Shown here in pieces: positions 32,956 to 41,860 of a DNA stretch of 58,036 bases. A model generated the notes under the pieces. It was not told the origin of the DNA and made no database searches. It saw nothing but the letters and a program-made list of their open reading frames with translations. Each line of letters starts with the position of its first letter. Position 1 is the first letter of the stretch. The position numbers and the translations under genes are program-made. Source of the DNA: Sphingomonadales bacterium (GTDB taxonomy: Bacteria > Pseudomonadota > Alphaproteobacteria > Sphingomonadales > Sphingomonadaceae). The DNA lies in NCBI GenBank assembly GCA_038234545.1, contig JBBQTM010000001.1:1-58036 (forward strand), given 5' to 3'.

Positions 32956-33067
32956 CTCCCCCTTCTCAGGGGGAGGTGGCGCGAAGCGTCGGAGGGGGCG
33001 GTGCGGTCAAGGAAGGGCCCCCTCCCGTCAGCTGCGCTGACACCTCCCCCAGGGAATTCTGGGGGAG
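32956..33067. repeat. Inverted pair of REP-like palindromic units between the M48 gene and pepN
   Basis: CTCCCCCT-TCTC-AGGGGGAGGTGGCGCGAAGCGTCGGAGGGGG (32956-32998) and inverted CCCCCTCCCGTCAGCTGCGCTGACACCTCCCCCAG-GGAATT-CTGGGGGAG (33018-33067). Confidence 0.8.
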
Positions 33068-33114
33068 TGGCTGGCTATATTGCGCCCTGGGGCTGCCTTC
33101 CCTAGCAGACCTCC

Positions 33115-35715
33115 ATGGACGCACGATTGAACCCCGAAGCTCCGACCAGTCCGGAGCATATTGCCACTCTCCGCTCGGACTATCGCCCGCCCGATTTCTG
33201 GGTGCGCGAGGTGACGCTGGATGTCGCGCTCGATCCGGCGGCGACGCGGGTTCGATCGACGCTCCGCGTTGAGCGAAATGGGACACACGAGCGGCCGCTC
33301 CGGCTTGCCGGTGACGGGCTGACCCCGCTCACCGTGCGCGTCGATGGCGCGGAAGCCACTTGGCGCATGGAAGACGGCACATTGGTGGTCGCGATCGACG
33401 GCGCAACAGCCTCGGTCGAAACCGAGGTCGAGATTGCGCCGGAGGCCAACAGCCAGTTGATGGGGCTTTATGCATCGGGCGGCATATTATGCACGCAATG
33501 CGAGAGCGAGGGCTTTCGCCGCATCACCTTCCACCCCGACCGGCCTGATGTGCTGTCTATTTATTCGGTGCGTATGCAGGCCGACAAGGCACGTTTCCCG
33601 ATCCTACTGGCCAATGGTAATTTGACCGATAGCGGTGACGGGGCTGACGGAAGCCACTGGGCGCAGTGGCACGATCCTTTTCCCAAGCCATCCTATCTGT
33701 TCGCGATGGTTGCGGGCGACCTGGCCGCCAACCGCGACAGCTTCACGACGATAAGCGGGCGCAAGGTCGACCTGGCGATCTGGGTGCGCGAGCAGGATTT
33801 GCCGCGCACCGCGCATGCCATGGCGAGCCTGAAGCAGGCGATGGCGTGGGACGAAACCGCCTACGGCCGCGAATATGACCTCGACCTGTTCAATATCGTC
33901 GCGGTTGATGATTTCAATTTTGGGGCGATGGAAAATAAGGGGCTCAACGTCTTCAACTCGCGCTACATCTTGGCCGACCAAGAGACCGCTACCGACGCCG
34001 ACTTCGATGCCATCGCGGGCGTGGTCGCGCACGAATATTTCCACAATTGGTCGGGCAATCGGGTGACCTGCCGCGACTGGTTCCAGCTGAGCCTGAAGGA
34101 AGGCTTCACCGTCTTTCGTGACCAATGCTTCTCGGCCGATATCGGGTCACAGGCGGTCCAGCGGATCGACGATGTGCGGCTGCTTCGCGCGGCTCAGTTC
34201 CCCGAAGATGCGGGACCGCTGGCGCATCCGGTGCGGCCCGACTCCTATCTGGAGATCACCAATTTCTACACCGCGACGGTCTATAACAAGGGTGCCGAGC
34301 TGATCCGGATGATGCGCACGATGCTGGGCGCGGGGCCGTTTCGCGCCGGGGCCGACCTGTACTTCGAGCGGCATGACGGCGAGGCGGCGACGTGCGACGA
34401 TTTCGTCAAGGCGATGGAGGACGCCAGCGGGGCCGATCTGTCGCGGTTCAAGCGCTGGTATGAGCAGGCGGGGACACCGCGGGTCACCGCAAAGCTGGTG
34501 CATGACGCGACCGCGCGGACTGCCAGGCTGCATCTAGCGCAATCGATGCCGCCGACACCGGGGCAGCCCGACAAGCAGCCGATGCAGATACCGCTCGTGA
34601 CGGCGTTGATCGGGGCGACAAGCGGAGCGGAAATCGCGCAGGAACGGCTGGTGGTGCTCGTCGGGCCGGAAATGTCGGTGACGTTCGACGACGTGGACGA
34701 GACTCCTTTATTGTCGATCAATCGTGGCTTTTCGGCGCCGGTGATCCTGGATGTCGAGCGGGGGGCGGGGGAACTCGAGCGGCTGGCGCAGTGCGATCGC
34801 GATCCGTTTGCACGCTACGAGGCGCTGCAAGAACTGATGTTCACCGCGCTAATCGCGGGGGCGTCGGGTCACGGCGCCGATCAAGCGGCGGTGATTGCGG
34901 CGATGCGCGATACGCTGACCTCCAATGAGCTCGATGCGGCCTACAGGGGCGAGGCGCTGACTTTGCCGTCGGAGGCGTTGGTCGGCGACCGGATGGACCT
35001 GGTGGATCCCGATGCGATCCATTCCAGCCGTGAGACGTTGCGCGCGGCGATCGGGCAGGCGCTGGCGCGCGAGCTTGGCGAGGCGCAGGCGGCCAATGCA
35101 CCGGGCGGCGATCTGTCGAGAGCGGCCAAGGGCGTGCGGCGGCTGAAAACGGTCGCGCTGGCGTTGATCGCGGCGGGGGATCCGGCGAAAGGCGCGGCGC
35201 TGGCGAAGGCGCAATATGATGCGGCGGACAATATGACCGACCGGCAGGGCGCGCTGGCGGTGCTGACGATGATCGACGGGCCGGAGCGGTCGGCGGCGCT
35301 GGACGATTTCTACCGCCGCTTCGCCCATGATCCGCTGGTGGTCGACAAATGGTTCGCGTTGCAGGCCGGGGCGCCGCGGGCCGACACGATCGACACCGTC
35401 GAGGCGCTGTTGAAGCATCCCGATTTCACCATGAAGAACCCCAACCGCCTGCGCGCGGTCGCGGGGAATTTCGCCGCGGGGCAGTGGGTGTTTCACGGAC
35501 AGAACGGGCGCGGATACCGGTTGCTGGCCGACCTGATCATCGCCGCCGACGCGATCAATCCCCAGACCGCCGCGCGGCTGGTGCCCCCGCTGGGGCGGTG
35601 GCGGCGGTTCGGCGAGGATCGCGCGAGCCTGATGCGCGGGGAGCTGGAGCGGGTGCTGGCGACGCCGGGGGTGAGCAAGGATGTGTACGAGCAGGCGAGC
35701 AAGAGCCTGGGGTAA
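33115..35715 (+). CDS. pepN: Aminopeptidase N
   Basis: TQCESEGFRRIT, DPFPKPSYLFA, GAMENKGLN, HEYFHNWSGNRVTCRDWFQLSLKEG, NFYTATVYNKGAE. Confidence 0.97.
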   Translation: MDARLNPEAPTSPEHIATLRSDYRPPDFWVREVTLDVALDPAATRVRSTLRVERNGTHERPLRLAGDGLTPLTVRVDGAEATWRMEDGTLVVAIDGATASVETEVEIAPEANSQLMGLYASGGILCTQCESEGFRRITFHPDRPDVLSIYSVRMQADKARFPILLANGNLTDSGDGADGSHWAQWHDPFPKPSYLFAMVAGDLAANRDSFTTISGRKVDLAIWVREQDLPRTAHAMASLKQAMAWDETAYGREYDLDLFNIVAVDDFNFGAMENKGLNVFNSRYILADQETATDADFDAIAGVVAHEYFHNWSGNRVTCRDWFQLSLKEGFTVFRDQCFSADIGSQAVQRIDDVRLLRAAQFPEDAGPLAHPVRPDSYLEITNFYTATVYNKGAELIRMMRTMLGAGPFRAGADLYFERHDGEAATCDDFVKAMEDASGADLSRFKRWYEQAGTPRVTAKLVHDATARTARLHLAQSMPPTPGQPDKQPMQIPLVTALIGATSGAEIAQERLVVLVGPEMSVTFDDVDETPLLSINRGFSAPVILDVERGAGELERLAQCDRDPFARYEALQELMFTALIAGASGHGADQAAVIAAMRDTLTSNELDAAYRGEALTLPSEALVGDRMDLVDPDAIHSSRETLRAAIGQALARELGEAQAANAPGGDLSRAAKGVRRLKTVALALIAAGDPAKGAALAKAQYDAADNMTDRQGALAVLTMIDGPERSAALDDFYRRFAHDPLVVDKWFALQAGAPRADTIDTVEALLKHPDFTMKNPNRLRAVAGNFAAGQWVFHGQNGRGYRLLADLIIAADAINPQTAARLVPPLGRWRRFGEDRASLMRGELERVLATPGVSKDVYEQASKSLG

Positions 35716-35735
35716 GGGATAAGGCGGGAAGAGAG

Positions 35736-35838
35736 CCCTCACCCAACCCTCTCCCGTAAGGACGGGAGAGGGCTAGGAAGGGCCGGCCTCGTTTTCTTCT
35801 CCCTCTCCCGTGCTTACGGGAGAGGGTATGGGTGAGGG
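35736..35838. repeat. Inverted pair of about 38-nt REP-like units on the 3' side of the DUF559 gene
   Basis: CCCTCACCCAACCCTCTCCCGT-AAGG-ACGGGAGAGGG (35736-35772), 28-nt spacer, inverted copy 35801-35838. Confidence 0.92.
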
Positions 35839-36177
35839 TTCTTCTTCCCCCTGCAAGATTATCAGGATCGACCGCAGCACGCCGTCGGTATTCTGCAATA
35901 TCTCATTGTTCCAGAACCGAACTACGCGAAACCCGCGCGATTGGAGCCAGGCAGTTCGGGCGGCGTCCGCCTCAGGGGAATGCTGACCGCCGTCGGCCTC
36001 GACGATCAGCTTAGCGTCAATGCACAGAAAATCGACGATGTAGGGGCCGACCGTGGCTTGGCGGCGGAATTTTGCGTTGGCGAGTTGACGTGCGCGCAGG
36101 CGGTGCCAGAGGCGCTGTTCGGCGTCGGTGGAGTCGCGGCGAAGGCGGCGCGCGTGCGGGTTGGTCTTGCCGATCAA
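35773..36177 (-). CDS. DUF559 (Vsr/PD-(D/E)XK-like) endonuclease-domain protein
   Basis: ARRLRRDSTDAEQRLWHRLR, KFRRQ..GPYIVDF, LIVEADGGQH, D..RT.WL...GFRVVRFWNNEI; start uncertain (TTG 36177 chosen). Confidence 0.88.
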   Translation of the reverse strand: MIGKTNPHARRLRRDSTDAEQRLWHRLRARQLANAKFRRQATVGPYIVDFLCIDAKLIVEADGGQHSPEADAARTAWLQSRGFRVVRFWNNEILQNTDGVLRSILIILQGEEEPSPIPSPVSTGEGEENEAGPS

Positions 36178-36187
36178 GGGAAAAGGG

Positions 36188-36289
36188 CCCTCACCCCGAC
36201 CCTCTCCCGTAAGGACGGGAGAGGGGGAAGATGGTAGGGCGACCACTTTAGCCCTCTCCCGTTCTTCACGGGAGAGGGTTGGGTGAGGG
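36188..36289. repeat. Inverted pair of about 38-nt REP-like units on the 5' side of the DUF559 gene
   Basis: CCCTCACCCCGACCCTCTCCCGT-AAGG-ACGGGAGAGGG (36188-36225), 26-nt spacer, inverted copy 36252-36289. Confidence 0.92.
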
Positions 36290-36298
36290 TTCTTTCGC

Positions 36299-36886
36299 TT
36301 AGCCCCCGATCCACCTCGCCACTTCGACCGCGACCTGGTTGGCCGCCTGGTTGAGCGCCGGGCCGACCGTGGCGGCGGTGCCGTCGGCGGGGATTTTGGC
36401 TTCGAAGCGGCGGGTTTCGACGCGGGTGCCGCCAGCGGTGGCGAGCGCGCCGTCGTAGCGGACGATGACCACGCCTTCCGCGGTGTCATAGCCGAAGCGG
36501 GTCAGCGTCCCGGTCAGCTTGAGACCCGGATCGAGGCTCGCCTGGCGCGGGTCGAGAACGACGCGGTTGGTGGTTCGGACGGTGGTTTCCTGGAGCAGAT
36601 CCTGGAACAATTTGTCGGGCGCATCGACCCATTGCAAATCCTGGACATAGGCCACCGCGGTGGGGCCGACGAGGGCGGGGACGCGGGTCGTTGCAAGCTC
36701 CTTGGGGATTACCGGCACGTCGATGGTGACTGCCTCGCCCGGCGCGGCGATGCGGCTGATCGCGGCTGGCGCGGGCGCGCTGCTGGTGAGGGTGAGCAGG
36801 GTCGGCGGGACCTTCTTGCCGCCGAAGCAGGCGCCCAGCGAAAGCAAAGCAGCGGCGACGAGGATCAGGCGGCTGTTACGCATCAT
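36299..36886 (-). CDS. ABC-type transport auxiliary lipoprotein (PqiC-like)
   Basis: Lipobox LGAC; QWVDAP motif; last gene of the MCE operon. Confidence 0.85.
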   Translation of the reverse strand: MMRNSRLILVAAALLSLGACFGGKKVPPTLLTLTSSAPAPAAISRIAAPGEAVTIDVPVIPKELATTRVPALVGPTAVAYVQDLQWVDAPDKLFQDLLQETTVRTTNRVVLDPRQASLDPGLKLTGTLTRFGYDTAEGVVIVRYDGALATAGGTRVETRRFEAKIPADGTAATVGPALNQAANQVAVEVARWIGG

Positions 36887-37836
36887 TTCGTCTTTCCGGG
36901 TTTGTAATCGGGGAGCTTCTCGGGGCCGAGCACGCCCAAGGCGCCGTCATTGTTGAGACGGTCTGAGAATTGGCTGAGCGACCCGGTCAAATCGCGCAGG
37001 TCGCGGACCAGGCGGTTGGCCTCGGGCAGGGTGCTCTTGGTCAAATTCTGAATGCCGGGCCGCGCCTCGGTGATCATGGCGTCGAGATTGTCCGCCGCGC
37101 GCTGCGCCGAGGCGATGGTCTTGCGCAGATCCTCGGCCGCAGGGCGACCCTGCTCATTGACCAGTCTGTTCGTACTGTCGGCCAGGCGACCGACGTTCTG
37201 CGCGGCAATGCCGGCATTGCGGGCCGCGATGCGAGCGTCGGCGATGGCATCGGCGAGGTCGGGCGCGCGCTCGGCGAGGACGGCGGTGGTCTTGTCGACA
37301 TTTTCGAGGATGTCGGAGATCGAATTCTGGTTCTTGTCACTGACCAGTTCGGTCAGCCGCTCGGTCAGGCGCTGGATTCGGTCGATCAGTTCCGGCGCCG
37401 AATTGAGCAGGGCGCCAAGGCCCCCGGACGTGGCGGGGATCACCGGGCAGCCCTGCGGCCCGACCTGCGTGACTCGCTTGGCCCCGCGGATCGCACCGCC
37501 GAGCTGGATTTCACTGACCCCGGTGAAGCCGACGCCCTTGATCTGGGCCGAGGTGCCCTGAAGCACGGGAGTTTCTTCATCCACCTCAAGCCGCACCCAG
37601 ACGAATTCGGGGCGGTCGGGGAGCAGGCTGATCTTGGTGATCTGTCCCACCGGAACGCCGGCGAAGGTCACCGCGCTGCCCTTGTTGAGGCCGCCGACAT
37701 CCTGCGCGAAATAGACGTCGAAGCATTGTTTCTTGGTGCTCGACAGGCCGGCCAGCCAGATGACGAACAACAGCAAGGCAGCAATCAGCGCCAGCACGAC
37801 GCCGCCGACCAGGATATGGTTTGACCGTGTCTCCAT
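36883..37836 (-). CDS. MlaD/MCE family protein
   Basis: METRSNHILVG, N-terminal TM, VGGLNKGSAVTFAGVPVGQI, helical C-terminus. Confidence 0.92.
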   Translation of the reverse strand: METRSNHILVGGVVLALIAALLLFVIWLAGLSSTKKQCFDVYFAQDVGGLNKGSAVTFAGVPVGQITKISLLPDRPEFVWVRLEVDEETPVLQGTSAQIKGVGFTGVSEIQLGGAIRGAKRVTQVGPQGCPVIPATSGGLGALLNSAPELIDRIQRLTERLTELVSDKNQNSISDILENVDKTTAVLAERAPDLADAIADARIAARNAGIAAQNVGRLADSTNRLVNEQGRPAAEDLRKTIASAQRAADNLDAMITEARPGIQNLTKSTLPEANRLVRDLRDLTGSLSQFSDRLNNDGALGVLGPEKLPDYKPGKTK

Positions 37837-37856
37837 CGCGTGCCCGCTAACCTCTC

Positions 37857-38642
37857 TTACGCCTTGGCCGCTGCGCGTCCGCGCGGGCCGTTAAAATATT
37901 CTTGAATCCAAGGATGGTCCAACGCCAGCAACTGGTCAATCGTCCCGACCGCCACGACCTTCTGGTCGGCCAGCACCGCCACCCGGTCGCAGATCGCGTA
38001 GAGCGTGTCGAGGTCGTGGGTGATCAGGAACACGGTCAAATCGAGCTTGTCGCGCAAGGACAGGATCAATTCGTCGAAATTCTGCGCCGAAATCGGGTCG
38101 AGGCCGGCGGTCGGCTCGTCGAGGAACAGCAGTTCCGGATCGAGCGCGAGGGCGCGGGCGAGGCCGGCGCGCTTGATCATCCCGCCCGACAATTCGGCCG
38201 GATATTTGGGCCCGGCGTCGGCGGGCAACCCCGACATGGCGATCTTGTAGCTGGCGATCTCGTCCATCAGCGTCTGCGAGAAATGGAAATATTCGCGCAG
38301 CGGGACTTCGACATTCTCGGCGACGGTGAGGGTCGAGAACAAGGCGCCATTCTGGAACAATATACCCCAGCGGCGGCGGATGTTCTTGGCTTCATCCTCC
38401 TCGCGGCCGATCATGTTCTCGCCAAGCACGTCGATCGTCCCGCCGCTCGGGGTTTGAAGGCCGATGATCGAGCGCATCAGCACCGATTTTCCGGTGCCCG
38501 ACCCGCCGACCACGCCGAGGATTTCGCCGCGGCGCACGTCGAGATCGAGATCCTGGTGGATGATCTGCTCGCCGAAATGATTGTCGATCCCGCGGATGAC
38601 GATCACCGGTTTCTCGTCATCGGGGAGGATTGGCGAGGTCAT
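37857..38642 (-). CDS. MlaF-like ABC transporter ATPase
   Basis: GGSGTGKS, LFQNGALF, ELSGGM, FLDEPTAGLDP, ITHD; ATGA overlap with the permease. Confidence 0.93.
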   Translation of the reverse strand: MTSPILPDDEKPVIVIRGIDNHFGEQIIHQDLDLDVRRGEILGVVGGSGTGKSVLMRSIIGLQTPSGGTIDVLGENMIGREEDEAKNIRRRWGILFQNGALFSTLTVAENVEVPLREYFHFSQTLMDEIASYKIAMSGLPADAGPKYPAELSGGMIKRAGLARALALDPELLFLDEPTAGLDPISAQNFDELILSLRDKLDLTVFLITHDLDTLYAICDRVAVLADQKVVAVGTIDQLLALDHPWIQEYFNGPRGRAAAKA

Positions 38643-39745
38643 GCCCAGCCAACCGAGCTGAAAAATACCGCGAACAATGCGTCGAGCACGATCACCAGGA
38701 AAATCGACTGGACCACCGCGGCGGTGGTGCGCAGCCCGACTTCCTCGGCATCGCCCTTGACCTGCATGCCCTGGAAGCAGCCCGACAAGGCGATGATGAA
38801 GCCGAACACCGGCGCCTTGATCAGCCCGACCCACAAATCGGTCAGCGGCACCACTTCACGGATGCTCTGGATGAAGGTCAGTGGCGGAATCCCGAGATAA
38901 AGCCAGCAAAAGACGCCGCCGCCGAGCATCGACATCATCATCGCGAAAAAGGACAACAGTGGCATCATGATGATCGCCGACAGCATGCGCGGGATGACCA
39001 GGGCTTCGATCGGCGACACGCCGATGGTACGCATGGCATCGATTTCCTCGGTCAGCTTCATGGTCCCGATCTGCGCCGCAAAGGCGCTTCCCGAGCGGCC
39101 GGCGACCATGATCGCGGTCATCAGGGTGGCGAGTTCGCGAACGCTGATGCGGCCGATCAGGTTGATGGTATAGACTTCGGCGCCGAACTGTTCGAGCTGG
39201 ACCGCGCCCTGCTGGCCGATGACGACGCCGATCAAAAAGGTCATCAGCCCGATGATCCCGAGGGCGCGAACGCCGACCACGTCGAACCGCTGGACCACGG
39301 CGTTCAAGCGGAAGCGGCGCGGTCGCTTGGCGACATTGTAGAAGCCGATCAGGGTCGCGCCGAAAAAGCCGATCAGCCCGCGGAAGGTGTGGCCGGTTTC
39401 CGCCACCCAGCCGCCCAATTCCTCGACCCCGCCCGATACGCCGCCGCGCTTGTCGGGGACCACCCGCACCGGGCGGTCGGCATCGGCCACCTGGTCGAGC
39501 AGGCCGCGGATCTGTTCGCTTTCGCCGATTATCGTGGCGCCGCGATCGCGCTGGGCGCGGTAGATCAGCCAGGCGCCGACGGTATCCATCTTCTCGACCC
39601 CGGTGAGGTCGATCGTCATGCCATCGGCCATCGCCGCAATCTCGCGCTCGGTGGTGGCGGCGCGAAGGATGGTCAGCGTGCCCATGCAGCGGTAGCAATG
39701 GTCGGCGCTATCGTCGCCTTTGCCGGAGATGCTTTGACTGGCCAT
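38639..39745 (-). CDS. MlaE family permease with N-terminal STAS-like domain
   Basis: IDLTGVEKMDTVG; RELATLMTAIMVAGRSGSAFAAQIGTMKLTEEIDAM. Confidence 0.93.
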   Translation of the reverse strand: MASQSISGKGDDSADHCYRCMGTLTILRAATTEREIAAMADGMTIDLTGVEKMDTVGAWLIYRAQRDRGATIIGESEQIRGLLDQVADADRPVRVVPDKRGGVSGGVEELGGWVAETGHTFRGLIGFFGATLIGFYNVAKRPRRFRLNAVVQRFDVVGVRALGIIGLMTFLIGVVIGQQGAVQLEQFGAEVYTINLIGRISVRELATLMTAIMVAGRSGSAFAAQIGTMKLTEEIDAMRTIGVSPIEALVIPRMLSAIIMMPLLSFFAMMMSMLGGGVFCWLYLGIPPLTFIQSIREVVPLTDLWVGLIKAPVFGFIIALSGCFQGMQVKGDAEEVGLRTTAAVVQSIFLVIVLDALFAVFFSSVGWA

Positions 39746-39852
39746 CGCCGCCCTGACTGCGCGAAATCGGGGGGAGCGGCAAGGGGAATGGCGGCATTCC
39801 GACCATTACGCCTCTTTCTTGCCGAACTTTGTGGCCTATAGGACGCGTCACG

Positions 39853-40992
39853 ATGGAGCAATTGTCCCCCCCCGAGGCCAGCGCGCCCCCGATCTTCGTG
39901 CCCGTCGGCGACAATGTCGCGCGGGTATTCGGGCTGGATGCCGAGACGCGCGCACGCCGGCTTGCGGCCAAGGCGAAGCTCGACTGCGCCGGCGCGGCGC
40001 GTCCTGGCCAGGCCGTATTGCTGTCCGATCTCGATTATGCGTGGGATCCGGCGTGGCTGGCGGCGATCGCCAAACGACCGGGCGCGGTTCTGATGCTGGG
40101 CGACCGGGCGGTGCTGGCGCATGTCCCCGCGCACCAGGATTCGGGGCCGATGGTCGCGGCGATGGATCAGAAGGCGGCCTGGACCGGGTCGGAATTTGAC
40201 CGGCTTGATGCGGAGACCACCGAACTCAACAATCATGAGCTGAGGAAGCGCGAGCGGCCGTTCGTGCTGAAGCTCGACGCCGCCGACCCCGAGCCGGTCG
40301 AGCGCGCGGCCTATGACGCCAGCTATAAGGGCGTGACCGACTTCCTGACGCTCTATTTGTGGCGACGGCTGGCGTTTCACCTGACCCGCTGGGCGGCGAA
40401 GGCGGGGATGACCCCCAACCAGATTACGCTGGTCGGCGCGATCCTGTGCGTGGTCACCATCTGGCTGTTCGCGCGCGGCGATTACTGGCTCGGCATGGCA
40501 ACCGGTTTCGGCTTCATGGTGCTCGATACGGTCGACGGCAAACTGGCGCGCTGCACCGGGCAGTCGAGCTGGTGGGGCAATATCTTCGACCATGGCATCG
40601 ACCTGATCCACCCGCCCTTCTGGTGGTGGGCGTGGGCCGAGGGGCTCAATTATCATGGCGACCCGTTCGAGCGGGTGTACGAAGTGCTGATCGTGCTTGC
40701 GATCGTCGGCGGCTATGTCGTCCAGCGCTTCGTCGAAGGCATTTTCATGCGCAAGTTCGGCATGCATATCCACGTCTGGCAGCCGCTCGACAGCCGCTTC
40801 CGGCTGGTCACCGCACGGCGCAACCCGAACATGATCATCCTGCTGGTCAGCCTGGTGTTCCGCCGCCCCGACATGGGGCTGGAGCTGGTCGCCCTGTGGA
40901 CGATGCTGTCGCTGATTTTTCACGCGGTTCGGCTGGCGCAGGCCAATGCACGGGTTGAGCGCGGGCAGGTGCTGAGCAGCTGGCTGGCGTGA
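39853..40992 (+). CDS. CDP-alcohol phosphatidyltransferase family protein
   Basis: TPNQIT; DTVDGKLAR...G..FDHGID signature. Confidence 0.9.
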   Translation: MEQLSPPEASAPPIFVPVGDNVARVFGLDAETRARRLAAKAKLDCAGAARPGQAVLLSDLDYAWDPAWLAAIAKRPGAVLMLGDRAVLAHVPAHQDSGPMVAAMDQKAAWTGSEFDRLDAETTELNNHELRKRERPFVLKLDAADPEPVERAAYDASYKGVTDFLTLYLWRRLAFHLTRWAAKAGMTPNQITLVGAILCVVTIWLFARGDYWLGMATGFGFMVLDTVDGKLARCTGQSSWWGNIFDHGIDLIHPPFWWWAWAEGLNYHGDPFERVYEVLIVLAIVGGYVVQRFVEGIFMRKFGMHIHVWQPLDSRFRLVTARRNPNMIILLVSLVFRRPDMGLELVALWTMLSLIFHAVRLAQANARVERGQVLSSWLA

Positions 40993-41005
40993 CGGGCTCG
41001 CCCGA

Positions 41006-41860
41006 GTGACAAGCTACACCGCGCTGCTGCTCGCCGGGTCGCGGCCCGGCGGCGACCCATTTGCCGAGGCCAATGGGGTCAGGGCCAAGGCGCTGATCCC
41101 GGTGGCGGGCGAGCCGATGATCGCGCGGCCGGTGCGGGCGCTGCTTGGCAATGCCAATATCGACCGGGTGCGGGTGCTGGCGCAGGATGCACTCCTAAAT
41201 CCGTTGGTGTCGAGCCCTTCGACTCGCTCAGGATTCGAGACACGTCCCTCGACTGCGCTCGGGACAAGCGGGAAAGACGGTATGTCCATCTTCTCGGTCT
41301 TGCCCGTGGACGAGCGGCTGAGCGTCGAACCGTCCGGCGCGACCATTGCGGCGACCATCGAAGCGATTTTGGCCGATCCGGCGACCCGCTATCCGCTGTT
41401 GGTGACGACCGCCGATCATGCCTTGCTCGATGGTGCGATGATCGACGATTTCTGTGCGCAGGCCGATGGGGCCGACGTGGCGATCGGGCTGGTCGAGCGG
41501 CGACCGCTGATGGCGCGGTTACCGCAGACCAAGCGGACCTGGATCGGGTTTCACGGCGGGGCCTATTCGGGGGCCAATTTGTTCGCCTTGGGATCGCCCA
41601 AGGCTGCAAAGGCGGTGGCGCTGTGGCGCGAGGTCGAACAGGATCGCAAGAAAGGCTGGAAATAACTGACGGCGCTGGGATTGCCGGGGATGCTCGGGCT
41701 GATGCGCCTGCGGACGCTGGATCAGGTGCTTGCCGCAATGGGGGGCAAACTCGGGATGACGATTCGCGCGGTCGAAATGGCCAATCCGCTGGCGGCGGTC
41801 GATGTCGACAAGCCGGATGACCTGGTGTTGGTCGAGGCCATTCTCGGAGGCCGCGTATGA
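41006..41860 (+). pseudogene. MobA-like nucleotidyltransferase with an in-frame palindrome insertion and an internal TAA (41663-41665)
   Basis: LLLAGSR, KALIPVAGEPM, TTADHALL; the frame stays open after the TAA to DVDKPDDL..TGA 41860, which overlaps the next ATG (ATGA). Confidence 0.75.
41201..41271. repeat. Palindromic element inserted within the nucleotidyltransferase CDS
   Basis: Imperfect terminal arms CCGTTGGTGTCGAG / CTCGGGACAAGCGG; two internal CCC(T)TCGACT(G)CGCTC(A/G)GG units; two GANTC sites. Confidence 0.75.

Noticed and set aside
35736-36289. Four roughly 38-nt repeats with 26-28-nt spacers as a possible CRISPR array
   Set aside because: Units alternate in orientation, are split by a gene, and no cas genes are present; REP-like instead
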